Assembly: GCA_964626665.1 (NCBI GenBank) | Contig: CAZVGK010000030.1 | Location: 1 to 39,043, forward strand | Length of the DNA stretch: 39,043 bases | Origin: an uncultured Gemmatimonadota bacterium | GTDB taxonomy: Bacteria; SM23-81; DAOVCL01 | Reading direction: 5' to 3' | Part shown: one piece after another, positions 18,811 through 27,942 of the stretch | How the letters are laid out: the number at the start of each line of letters is the position of its first letter | How positions within the stretch are numbered: the first letter of the stretch is position 1 | Program-made: the position numbers and the translations under genes | Notes under the pieces: generated by a model | Database searches by the model: none | What the model was told of the DNA's origin: nothing | What the model saw: the letters and a program-made list of their open reading frames with translations, nothing else

Positions 18811-21800
18811 ATGAAGAAATTAAGTATTGCCTTAGCCCTCCTTCTCCTTCCCTTCAGCCAAGGGTGGGCAGGCGAATTAATAGGGAGCGTAAGCTTTACA
18901 AAATCAAACCTTGGCTTTGAAATACTAAAGGGCTACGATGTGGTCAAGCTCTCCAACTGCCATCTAACCAATCAGGTGGGGGCACCGCTCCTGCCCGTGC
19001 GAAACATCTATGTGCTTATTCCTCCAGACGCCAAAGTGACCGGGGTTGAGGTCACCAAGTGCGAAAGTGAGAATCTACCCGGAGTTTACAATCTATATCC
19101 CACCCAGCCCTCAATCCCCATCGGGCATTCTGCTCGATCACACCCTTTTGTTGAGCCAAACCCTTCAATTTACAGCTCTCCAGACCCTTATCCGACCAAG
19201 ACTGTCCGCTACATTGGATCGGGAAATCTGGGTGGAGAAAGAATCGCCAATTTGCAGGTCCACCCCCTTCAATATATCCCTTCAAAGGGGAAACTTCGCT
19301 TCTTTAGCCGCATAGAGTTCAGGCTAAAATATGTATTTGACGGTCAGGCCCCAACATCTGTCTATCGAGGGGAAAAAGCTCAAAGGATCTATGACAAAAT
19401 GATCAAAGAACTGGTTATCAATAGAGACGATGTAGGCAAGAAACTCTTGGATTGTCTTCCTAACGGTGTCACCCTTGAATATCTAATCATCACCAACAAC
19501 ACCCTGGCTCCTGCCTTTATGCCGCTGGCCAACTGGAAGACGAAGAAGGGAGTTCCAGCCGCAGTGAGAACCGTCTCCTGGATAGAGTCTCACTATCCCG
19601 GGAATGACCTTGCGCAGCGTATCAGAAACTACCTGAAGATCACTGCCCAGGATTCGGGAACAGTCTGGGTTCTGCTCGGTGGTGACACGGAGATAATCCC
19701 CTGCCGATATGCCCACATCGAACTTCAGAGCTACACTGAGGATATCCCCTCTGACCTCTATTATTCCGATCTTGACGGAACTTGGAACCTTGACGGGGAT
19801 GGGCTCTACGGCGAGCCGGAGGACGGCGTAGACCTTCACCCGGACATCTTTGTGGGCCGAGCCCCGGTGGCCATCCTTTCGGAAGCTCAATCATTTGTGA
19901 CCAAGGTCCTGACTTACGAGAAGAACCCGCCCCCCGATTATCAGCGGCGGACCCTCTTCTTTGCCGAAAAGGCAGATAACTTCACCGATGACGGGATAAG
20001 CAAGGACCTCATCGCTGAGAGGTACTTTCCAGATAGGTTTGCTCCCATTGCCAAGCTCTACGAGAGGGACGGGAACGAATCGGCAGCCGCAGTCCTCGAC
20101 TCGATGAATCAAGGATACAATCTACTCAACCACTGTGGGCATGCCGGGACAACTGTGATGTGCACTGGTCCAGACGCAATCTGGAGCGAAAAGATAGACA
20201 GTTTAACCAACTCCCCCAGATTCTTTGGGGTCCTCTATTCAGTTGGCTGTTGGCCAGCGGCTATAGACGACGACTGTATAGCCGAGCACTTTGTTAAAAA
20301 TCCCAATGGCGGCGGGTTCTTTGTGGGCAACAGCAGGTATGGCTGGTATACACCGTCATTCCCCGGATATGGTTCCTCTGACCTCTTCGATCAGAGGTTT
20401 TTCGCCTCGCTGTTCAATAATGATGTTTACCGCTTAGGAGCAACCCTAGCCGACTCAAGGGTCTATTATATCGCCGATGCCCAACAGGAGAACGACTATC
20501 GCTGGATAGAGTTTGAGCTAAACCTCCTCGGCGACCCGGAGTTGCCCCTCTGGACGGATACACCTCAGGAGCTCATAGTTGATTACCCGGACACCATACC
20601 AGGTGGACAAAGCCAGTTGACGGTTACTGTCACCTCTGGTTCCTCTCCAGTGGAAGGCAGCCTGGTTTGCGTAATGGACGGAAATGACTTCTATTCCACC
20701 GAGATTACTGGTTCAGATGGACAGGTCACGCTTTCCATTTCACCTTCCCCAACTGATACCCTGTGGATTACCGTTACCGCACATAACTTCTTACCCTATG
20801 AGGATCAGATCATAGCTGCAACAGATGGTCCCTACTTAGTCCATTACAACCATAGAATAGATGATGCCGCTGGCAATGGGGATGGAATTCCCAACCCCGG
20901 AGAGCCGATAGGTATGTCCGTGGTGCTGAAAAAGTTCGGCAGTCAATCAGGTAATGGTGTTAGTGCCACCCTGGCGACTACCGACTCCCTCGTTACCATC
21001 ATTGATAGCAGCGAGAATTATGGGGTTATCACTGCCCAGGATACATCCAGATGTTTTGATGACTACAACTTCGATATCTCCTCCGACTGTCCCAATGGAC
21101 ATATCATCTATTTTGATCTGAATATCAGCGACTCCGGTGGCCGTCTATGGAGATCAAAGATAGCAGTTCAGGTGGGCGCCCCTGTCATTGCCGTTGTGGG
21201 GGAAAACCTAAATGATGGGGCCGGGGGGAATGGGCTTGCCGATCCAGGGGACACCCTAAAGGTAACCGTAACCCTAAAAAATATCGGCTTAGGAAATGCC
21301 TCCAATCTCTATGCTTTGCTGAGTACTACTGATCCCTACATTACGATCATATCCGATAGCTCAGACTTCGATGATTTGGGGCCCGGGGATAGCGCCAGCT
21401 CAGCAACCCCTTACCGGGTTGAAATCGACCCAGATTGCCCTATCCCGCACTTTTCGGAGTTTTCCCTCCAGATTATGGGAGATGACTATATAACTATTGG
21501 AGGTTTTCAAATCCCCATTGGGGTCACCGGCTTCTTCGACGATATGGAAAGGGGGGAAGACGGATGGACACATACCGGCTCTGAGGACGCTTGGCACCTG
21601 AGCAACCACAGAAACCACACTTCAGGGGGAAGCCTTAGCTGGTATTGTGGAAACGAGGGAAGCTGGGTATATGATCCCTCCTTCACCGCTTATCTGATCA
21701 GCCCTTCTATCGTTATGGGAACAAGCCCCACTTTGAGCTTTTGGAGTTGGTATCGGATTGAAAGCGGGATGGACTATGGTTTTGTGGAGATAAACACCGG

Positions 21801-22323
21801 AGATGACTGGGAACAGCTTGCTCTATTTACCGGATTTAGCGATGGTTGGACCCAGAGTGGTTTTGATCTCTCCCCTTTTGCCGGGGATACAATCCAGCTA
21901 AGGTTCACCTTCTACAGTGAAGCCGATGCTATCCAATATGAAGGTTGGTGGGTGGACGATGTGAAGATCGAGCCCAATGGGGAGGTGGGGGTGCTGCCCA
22001 CCCCCGTAAAAGTCCTGCCGGCCAAATACAGCCTGGCGCAAAACTACCCCAACCCATTCAACCCCTCCACCCTCATCCCCTACCAGTTGCCAGCAATCAG
22101 CGGTCAGCAGTCAGCAGTTAGCCTAAAGATATACAACATCTTAGGGCAGGAGGTGAGATCTTTGGTGGACAAAAAGCAAGCTCCTGGATACTATTCGGTA
22201 AGCTGGGATGGAAGGGACAACTATGGCCAGGAGGTCTCCAGTGGGATATACCTCTGCAGGTTAGAGGTTAAAGGTGATAGGCTGAAGGCAACAAAGACCA
22301 GGAAGATGATACTGCTTAGATAG
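18811..22323 (+). CDS. Gingipain-family (C25) cysteine peptidase with propeptide, Ig-like repeats, beta-sandwich domain and T9SS type-A-like CTD
   Basis: SD AAGGAG before ATG 18811; propeptide 'GAPLLPV'; 'YLIIT', 'WVLLGGD', 'SDLYYSDLDG', 'FVGRAP'; His-Cys dyad 'NHCGHAG'/'SVGCW'; 'NLLGDPEL'; CTD 'QNYPNPFN...KMILLR'. Confidence 0.9.
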   Translation: MKKLSIALALLLLPFSQGWAGELIGSVSFTKSNLGFEILKGYDVVKLSNCHLTNQVGAPLLPVRNIYVLIPPDAKVTGVEVTKCESENLPGVYNLYPTQPSIPIGHSARSHPFVEPNPSIYSSPDPYPTKTVRYIGSGNLGGERIANLQVHPLQYIPSKGKLRFFSRIEFRLKYVFDGQAPTSVYRGEKAQRIYDKMIKELVINRDDVGKKLLDCLPNGVTLEYLIITNNTLAPAFMPLANWKTKKGVPAAVRTVSWIESHYPGNDLAQRIRNYLKITAQDSGTVWVLLGGDTEIIPCRYAHIELQSYTEDIPSDLYYSDLDGTWNLDGDGLYGEPEDGVDLHPDIFVGRAPVAILSEAQSFVTKVLTYEKNPPPDYQRRTLFFAEKADNFTDDGISKDLIAERYFPDRFAPIAKLYERDGNESAAAVLDSMNQGYNLLNHCGHAGTTVMCTGPDAIWSEKIDSLTNSPRFFGVLYSVGCWPAAIDDDCIAEHFVKNPNGGGFFVGNSRYGWYTPSFPGYGSSDLFDQRFFASLFNNDVYRLGATLADSRVYYIADAQQENDYRWIEFELNLLGDPELPLWTDTPQELIVDYPDTIPGGQSQLTVTVTSGSSPVEGSLVCVMDGNDFYSTEITGSDGQVTLSISPSPTDTLWITVTAHNFLPYEDQIIAATDGPYLVHYNHRIDDAAGNGDGIPNPGEPIGMSVVLKKFGSQSGNGVSATLATTDSLVTIIDSSENYGVITAQDTSRCFDDYNFDISSDCPNGHIIYFDLNISDSGGRLWRSKIAVQVGAPVIAVVGENLNDGAGGNGLADPGDTLKVTVTLKNIGLGNASNLYALLSTTDPYITIISDSSDFDDLGPGDSASSATPYRVEIDPDCPIPHFSEFSLQIMGDDYITIGGFQIPIGVTGFFDDMERGEDGWTHTGSEDAWHLSNHRNHTSGGSLSWYCGNEGSWVYDPSFTAYLISPSIVMGTSPTLSFWSWYRIESGMDYGFVEINTGDDWEQLALFTGFSDGWTQSGFDLSPFAGDTIQLRFTFYSEADAIQYEGWWVDDVKIEPNGEVGVLPTPVKVLPAKYSLAQNYPNPFNPSTLIPYQLPAISGQQSAVSLKIYNILGQEVRSLVDKKQAPGYYSVSWDGRDNYGQEVSSGIYLCRLEVKGDRLKATKTRKMILLR

Positions 22324-22602
22324 AAAATAGGGACACTTCCCATTTTTTAGGCTATCCTACTTTACTACTGGGAGCGTAAAGTAGATTGCGTGTCATTGGA
22401 GCGCGGCGAAGCAATCTAAAAATACCGAATACCTCCAGAGTAATACTTACCATCTGGTTAGGGAACATTTCCCTTTGTACAGTTTCTACTAGCAAAATTC
22501 TCACAGATCCATCTCCCCTTAAGATGTTATTCCTTTAAGAAGGGCTCTTCCCAACCGGTGCAAGAGAGGACACTAAGAAAAAATAGGAAGTGTCCCTATT
22601 TT
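22324..22602. mobile_element. MITE-like spacer with 25-bp terminal inverted repeats between convergent genes
   Basis: aaaatagggacacttcccatttttt (22324-22348) and aaaaaataggaagtgtccctatttt (22578-22602), 24/25 complementary; interior holds degenerate copies of repeats seen at 11636-11677. Confidence 0.65.
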
Positions 22603-22620
22603 TTTTATTTTTTTATTTTT

Positions 22621-24459
22621 TCAGAAAATATCCTTCAGGATCAACTTCACCTTTATCGGTTTCCCACCCCTGAAAAGTTCAAGATCTACCCTGGTCCCTG
22701 CAGGCCCTTGAAAGATCTCAGAAATTCTCCCCAGGGAGTCCGGAGCGGCCTCGCGCCCATTTACCTTCACCATCCGATCTCCCACCTTTACCCCCTTGGC
22801 CTGGGCTGGTGATCCCGGCAATACCTCCCTCACCAAGAGCTCCCCTTTCTTTATGGTCAACCCTATCCCACTGCGGTTGTATTGAGGAGGGGAACCAAAT
22901 GCTTGGTTTGGCTCCAAACCAACTTTCCCCTGGGAGTAATTTAGAATCAGATTGAACCTCTTCAGGATCTCTCCTCCGATATTTCCGGCCAGCTCCTCTG
23001 AACCGAAGATCCCCTCTCCACTGGTCACCAGAAGGGTAATGGGCTCCCTGATCATGAAATCGCCGATGGTTAAACTCTTTAGTTTGGCCATAAAACCCCT
23101 TCCCCAACCGCCAACCCCACCAAAGCTCTTCTCCACCTTTCTTTTGACTCCATCTAAGATATGATTCTGCTGGATAAACGAGCTATGTAGCACAAGGCCG
23201 CCGCTATTCCCTGTATCCAGGAGAAATTTCCCCTGGTATTCACCATCCAATATAGCCTCCACGGTGGGAAGGTTCTGGGTTATCTCCATATCCAAAACCT
23301 CCACCCCCTTGGGGTAATGGTAGCCTTCTGGGGCATAGAGGGAAAGGGAGCTGTGGCCATAGTCTATCTTGGTCACGAAGCGGCTAAGGAAATCGTAACC
23401 CAATATGCCATCTATCTTCCTCCCCAAAGAGGCATACAACGGGGAGAGGGGGATAACGGCAATGGTCTGGTCTAAAAGCTCCACCCCCGGCAACTGGATG
23501 GAGCCAATCTTACAAAAGGAGACCGCCTGGCTCCCCCCGGCCCCCTTTCCCTCCACGGCCCCTTCACCCTTCAACCCAAGCTGGGAGACCAGGACCGAGT
23601 CTATGCAGGTAGCCCCGGCCCCACTATCCAGAAGAAAGTTATAGGGACCCTGAGCATTGACCCGCACCTTAAGCCAAATGGTGTTCCCATAGAGATCAAA
23701 GGGTATCCCCTCAGAGTTTTTCCCCTGCAGAAATCGATAATCCTTTTCCCTCTCCGCTGGAGGCAAAAAGAGGGAGTCGTCTAACGGCAGGTTGAGGAAA
23801 ACCTCCTGCAGCCTCGCATCCACATCATAGAGGGGATTGCCCGTGGTCTGATGGCTATGGAAAGCCATCTTTACGCCCTTTACCTCCCTGTAGTCATCAT
23901 AGGACACGGTTACCGTCTCCTGAAAGACAGTGGTCTGGGTCATATCAACCAACCAGGTGGAATCATTTATCCAGAGTGTGGCCGGGCTTCCCCCTTGTGG
24001 CTTGACCAAAACGAGGTAGTATCCCCTTCCCCCCTTAGCACCCTTCCCCAAGTAAATGGACACTCTCCTCCTTGTGGGGGGTAGAAGATAGCAAAGATCG
24101 CTTAAACAACAGGAGGTTATTAAATCTTCCTTCTCCCTCCCCTTGAGTTCGGCCAATTTGTTATTCTGATCGACCTTCCAAAAATGGCGGCCATCCGTGC
24201 CGCTGTCCTGTTTTAAGATCTGTAGGTCAATCCTCTGCCGATATTCCCCCGGATACTTCCCCCATTCGCTAATCGTCCCCTCCAACCCACCCATCTCTAC
24301 CACCCCCTCAGCCATAAACGATTTCAAAGACTCAAGCCTCTCCATCCCTCCTAAGGCCTGAGCATGTTTCTCCATTATCCGATCTAAGGTAGATCCATAC
24401 CCCAGGGAGAAGAGGATAAGGAACAAAACTGCGGATTTAAGGACAAACCTCTTTCTCAT
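22621..24459 (-). CDS. Exported aspartyl protease with two retropepsin-like domains, an N-terminal LolA-like beta region and C-terminal PDZ
   Basis: Signal peptide; 'FLLDSGAG' and 'FLLDTGNS'; 'DGILGYDFLSRF', 'GNIGGEILKRF'; PDZ 'GSPAQAKGVKVGDRMVKVNG'. Confidence 0.88.
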   Translation of the reverse strand: MRKRFVLKSAVLFLILFSLGYGSTLDRIMEKHAQALGGMERLESLKSFMAEGVVEMGGLEGTISEWGKYPGEYRQRIDLQILKQDSGTDGRHFWKVDQNNKLAELKGREKEDLITSCCLSDLCYLLPPTRRRVSIYLGKGAKGGRGYYLVLVKPQGGSPATLWINDSTWLVDMTQTTVFQETVTVSYDDYREVKGVKMAFHSHQTTGNPLYDVDARLQEVFLNLPLDDSLFLPPAEREKDYRFLQGKNSEGIPFDLYGNTIWLKVRVNAQGPYNFLLDSGAGATCIDSVLVSQLGLKGEGAVEGKGAGGSQAVSFCKIGSIQLPGVELLDQTIAVIPLSPLYASLGRKIDGILGYDFLSRFVTKIDYGHSSLSLYAPEGYHYPKGVEVLDMEITQNLPTVEAILDGEYQGKFLLDTGNSGGLVLHSSFIQQNHILDGVKRKVEKSFGGVGGWGRGFMAKLKSLTIGDFMIREPITLLVTSGEGIFGSEELAGNIGGEILKRFNLILNYSQGKVGLEPNQAFGSPPQYNRSGIGLTIKKGELLVREVLPGSPAQAKGVKVGDRMVKVNGREAAPDSLGRISEIFQGPAGTRVDLELFRGGKPIKVKLILKDIF

Positions 24460-24576
24460 TTACCCCCCTTTCCCCCCTAAATTAAGGGGTGATTCACCCT
24501 CCGTCAACAGATTTTTTCTGACTGCTGACCGCTCAGGAATTACGTTAGGGTAGAGCCCTGACGGCACTAAAAGAAC

Positions 24577-24677
24577 TCTTCTACCCGGCTTTCCCGACCC
24601 GTCCGGTTCGGGACGGATAGCCGAGGTAACCTCTTTGGGGCTTTGGCCCTTAACCCGCACTAAAGTGCGGTAGAAGT
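24577..24677 (-). mobile_element. Second copy of the CTTCTACC...GGTAGAAG MITE-like element
   Basis: Reverse complement reads acttctaccgcactttagtgcgggttaagggccaaagccccaaagaggttacc...gccgggtagaag, matching 18551-18694 with a different nested hairpin. Confidence 0.65.
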
Positions 24678-24804
24678 AAACCCCCCTCCTTTTAGAGCTT
24701 ACGGCAAGGCCCAGAGAACTCTAACCATATGACCAAAATTTTTTCTTGTCTAAAGAGGGATGATTCATTTAATTGGGGAGGAATCGAACTTAGGGGCGTA
24801 AAAA

Positions 24805-25398
24805 ATGGCCAAAAACCTTTGTGTGGTTTGTCAGCAGAGAAAGGGGAAGAGGTGGTGCCCGGCCTTGAACGGCTATATCTGCTCCTATTGCTGCGGGAGC
24901 AAGAGGGGGAAGGAGATCCGTTGCCCCTCCAACTGTAAGTATTGGGTACAAGGAGAAGGATACAAGGCGACAAAGGAGGAAGGTTCAAAACAGCCCTTCC
25001 CAGAGGAAAACAAAAAAATTCTTGTGGATATATTGGGGACTATCTTAGAGGTGAGGAGTAGGTTCCCTGAGCTTAGCGACAATGATGTGAGGGAAGGGTT
25101 AGGCCTGGTCATAAAGACTTACGAAACAAGGCAAAAGGGGATAATCTATGAACACAAATCCACTATCCCTCAGGTAACGGCTATCTCCTACCAGTTGGGG
25201 AGGGCTCTGAAGACAAGGATGGAAGAGGGACAAAGCTACAGTGGGCGACCGAGTTCGACCTCAGTTGTATCCACCTTGAAAGAAACCCTTGCCAGGATTA
25301 GTTCCTATGGGGGAAACCTTGATAACCCAACGGCCTTCTTGGACTACCTCTCAGAGGCGGAAAAGGAAGATAAGAGAAAAAGGGCGGAATTGCCCTGA
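24805..25398 (+). CDS. Hypothetical protein with N-terminal 8-Cys putative metal-binding module
   Basis: CxxC-x8-C-x7-CxxCC-x9-CxxxC in the first 44 aa, followed by a helical-looking domain. Confidence 0.75.
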   Translation: MAKNLCVVCQQRKGKRWCPALNGYICSYCCGSKRGKEIRCPSNCKYWVQGEGYKATKEEGSKQPFPEENKKILVDILGTILEVRSRFPELSDNDVREGLGLVIKTYETRQKGIIYEHKSTIPQVTAISYQLGRALKTRMEEGQSYSGRPSSTSVVSTLKETLARISSYGGNLDNPTAFLDYLSEAEKEDKRKRAELP

Positions 25399-25419
25399 CA
25401 GTCCACATAGGCCGGGGCT

Positions 25420-25487
25420 CAGCATTCAGGCATTTGTCAGTTGTCAGGGGTTTTCCCCTGACCGCCGATCCCTGATTGCTGACCCCT
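25420..25487. repeat. Heptamer-built hairpin at a convergent gene junction
   Basis: gtcagttgtcagggg-tttt-cccctgaccg-ccgatcc-ctgattg-ctgaccc. Confidence 0.65.
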
Positions 25488-26883
25488 AATAGCAAGATGA
25501 GGTTACAATCTGATTGGCTTCAATTCTGAAGGTTATCCCTTTCATCTCCTCGGTAATCTCCTTTTTGAGCCCGTGCAGGGTTAGCTTCATCCCAGGGTAG
25601 ACAGTCCCCAGAACCTTCAATTGGGCTATCTTAGCCCCTTTCTCCGCCTCCTTCATCTTCTCACTGATCTCCTGTTTTTCCCTCTTCAGGTCCCTTATCT
25701 GGCCACCGAGAGCAGCTTGAGTCTGTTTAAGTCTTTTCAGCAGGCCAGCCTTCTCCGGAGGCAGGTTACCTCCCTGACCCTCCATTTTGAAAAGGGCATA
25801 AAGGGCTTGGGTTACTTTGTCTATGTTCACTCCAATATTGGAGATCTGCCCCTCAATCTTTTCCATCTCCTCTCCTAACCAGGAAACCTCACCAAGGAAG
25901 ATCTCAGTGAGAACGCCTTCCGGATTGCCTATAGTGCGAGCCTCTATTTTCTGCCCGGCGGAAACTCTGCCTCCCACGATTGCTCCCTTTTGACCGTTAA
26001 CTACGATTCCCCCTTGAGATTCCACTATACTATTCAATATCTCCTCTCCCACGGTGATGTTGCCATTACTCCTTAGGTGTTGATTTTCAATATGTTTTAT
26101 ATGCACATCCCCGCCGGCAACGAGTTTACCCTTTCCATGGCCGAGCAAGCCTTTTTTCACCAGGACATCTTCTCCTGCCTCCGCATACGCATCCTCTATG
26201 CAGCCCCAGACCTCTAAGTTCTTGTCCGCCTTTACCTCAAAGCCACTCTTTACATCGCCCCTTATCTCCAGAGAGCCAGAGTGCTTTATGTTCCCTGTGG
26301 AGTAATCCACATCTCCCTTCACAACATAGACCGGACTTACTTCTACCTTGCCCAGAGGGGAGAGGGAAACATTCCCATCCACTGAGGCAATCAACAGGGA
26401 ACCATCATCGGGGGAGACCTCAGTATTCTTACCCATAGACAGTTTGACATCTTTGCCTTCAGAGAGTGGTATCTCCTGTCCCATCACAGTCATTCCAGGG
26501 ACTCCCGGCTTAGGAGGTATTTTTTTAGCCAGTTTCTGCCCCTGGGAGACACTCTGGATAAGGCTGAGGTCTTTATAGTCCGCCGTGCCATCTTTTCTCT
26601 CCTTAGGCTTTAGCTCCCTCTCGGTCTCAAATAGATACTCTATCCTAGCATCCTCTCCGGCAATCGGCCCTTTCCCCTGGGCTATCTTGATCTCTTCATC
26701 GAATCTCTTTTCCCGGAATACCTTGCTCAGGAGTTTATCATCAACACCAAATGCTACCCGACTTTCCTGGAGGGCATCCTTGGCCTGTTTGAGGGTAGGG
26801 GGCTTTCCCTCTTCGGGAAGGAGGACCTGGATGTAGGCTTCCATCTCGTCGGGGGATACCCTTATTTTTAGGGATTCTTCCAT
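25486..26883 (-). CDS. fapA: FapA / DUF342 family protein
   Basis: 'VSPDEMEAYI', 'IAQGKGPIAGEDA', 'DYKDLSLIQSV', 'VKGDVDYSTGNI', 'GAIVGG' and C-terminal coiled coil; SD AAGGAGG. Confidence 0.9.
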   Translation of the reverse strand: MEESLKIRVSPDEMEAYIQVLLPEEGKPPTLKQAKDALQESRVAFGVDDKLLSKVFREKRFDEEIKIAQGKGPIAGEDARIEYLFETERELKPKERKDGTADYKDLSLIQSVSQGQKLAKKIPPKPGVPGMTVMGQEIPLSEGKDVKLSMGKNTEVSPDDGSLLIASVDGNVSLSPLGKVEVSPVYVVKGDVDYSTGNIKHSGSLEIRGDVKSGFEVKADKNLEVWGCIEDAYAEAGEDVLVKKGLLGHGKGKLVAGGDVHIKHIENQHLRSNGNITVGEEILNSIVESQGGIVVNGQKGAIVGGRVSAGQKIEARTIGNPEGVLTEIFLGEVSWLGEEMEKIEGQISNIGVNIDKVTQALYALFKMEGQGGNLPPEKAGLLKRLKQTQAALGGQIRDLKREKQEISEKMKEAEKGAKIAQLKVLGTVYPGMKLTLHGLKKEITEEMKGITFRIEANQIVTSSCY

Positions 26884-26904
26884 AATTTGAACCTCCTTTT
26901 CTTT

Positions 26905-27155
26905 CCGTCAGGGCAGAGCCCCGACGGCACAAAGGACATCTGACCGCTCGGTTGAGATTGCTTCGCTCCCTTTGGTCGCTCGCAATGACATAAAATGAAG
27001 CGTTGTCATTGCGAGGGCGAAAGCCCGAAGCAATCTATCCTGGAATGAGGTGGCAGAACCCCGATTCTGCCATCTGGGAGGCGGCCAGATGAGGGCATCT
27101 GACCGCTCGGTTGAAGGGAGAGAGGACTAATAGCGAGGTCGGGAGACCTCCCCCA
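26905..27155. repeat. Mosaic of REP-like/palindromic repeats
   Basis: ccgtcagggc-aga-gccccgacggcac (26905-26930); gagattgcttcg..cgcaatgaca and tgtcattgcga..gaagcaatct (26954-27036); aggtggcagaa-ccccga-ttctgccatct (27048-27075); ggccagatg-aggg-catctgacc (27083-27104). Confidence 0.85.
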
Positions 27156-27387
27156 CGGGATCTAACCTCCCGCAGATTCTAAACCTGCAGGAGGTTTGCA
27201 AATGCCATGAGTGTCGGAATTTATTACATAGATTTGACCCTTGGCTATAAGCTAACTTCTAAATCACTCCCCTTATTGTCGGATTATCTATCATTCCCCA
27301 GTCCATCCCGGCAGAGTCCCATTTTTAGCCCTCTGATATCCTTTTGAAAAGTATTCACTTATGCGAAAAACCCTTGCCCCAACCCCC

Positions 27388-27404
27388 TTGGCTTCCTTTT
27401 TGCA
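27388..27404 (+). promoter_or_regulatory. Putative sigma54 (-24/-12) promoter
   Basis: TTGGC-TTCCT-TTTTGCA, GG at 27390-91 and GC at 27402-03 (canonical spacing), 35 bp upstream of ORF 27440. Confidence 0.45.
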
Positions 27405-27439
27405 TTATTAACAATTGAAATCCAGCCAGGGGAGGAAAA

Positions 27440-27727
27440 ATGGATTTTTCAGATGATCCCTTCGGGCTCAAGTCACGGAGGATGATTTTAACCAAACACC
27501 ATCAGAAGTTCAAGGAGTTGCAGCGCGACGGTAAATGGGTTGAGGCCCTGCGGCAGTTCAATGTCACCTTAAATTATGCGATGGAATCGGTGAACTACTC
27601 TATGCAGGTGCTGCAAAAGGTGAGAGGGCGGATGCAGGGAGCGACACCAATACAGAAGGAGAAGGCGAACAGGGTTACCCAACCTGCCATCGCCAATTCC
27701 TTCTACGACTATAAGCTGAAGAAGTAA
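27440..27727 (+). CDS. Small hypothetical alpha-helical protein (95 aa)
   Basis: SD GGAGG before ATG; lies in a gap free of other genes; no recognisable motif. Confidence 0.65.
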   Translation: MDFSDDPFGLKSRRMILTKHHQKFKELQRDGKWVEALRQFNVTLNYAMESVNYSMQVLQKVRGRMQGATPIQKEKANRVTQPAIANSFYDYKLKK

Positions 27728-27783
27728 CAGTAGTCAGTTGTCAGTAGTCAGTTGTCAGTGGTCAGCGATCAGAGGTCAGGGGT
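27728..27783 (+). repeat. Tandem heptamer array (CAGNNNT)x8
   Basis: cagtagt-cagttgt-cagtagt-cagttgt-cagtggt-cagcgat-cagaggt-caggggt starting at the base after the stop codon. Confidence 0.9.
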
Positions 27784-27942
27784 TCCCGTGATCCCTGTTG
27801 TGTCCATCAGGACTCTGCCTGACGGGAAAGGTCCCTTTTGTGGATGATAACATCCACAAAGAGCGGGGAAAAGGAAGTGCGGGGTTTCTTTCATTCTTAA
27901 TTATTCATTTTTAATTCTTAATTGCCTTACTCTCCTCCACCA

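Noticed and set aside
18811-22323. Calling the C25 peptidase porU
   Set aside because: Gingipain-type propeptide plus accessory domains and CTD fit secreted cargo; cannot be assigned without phylogeny.
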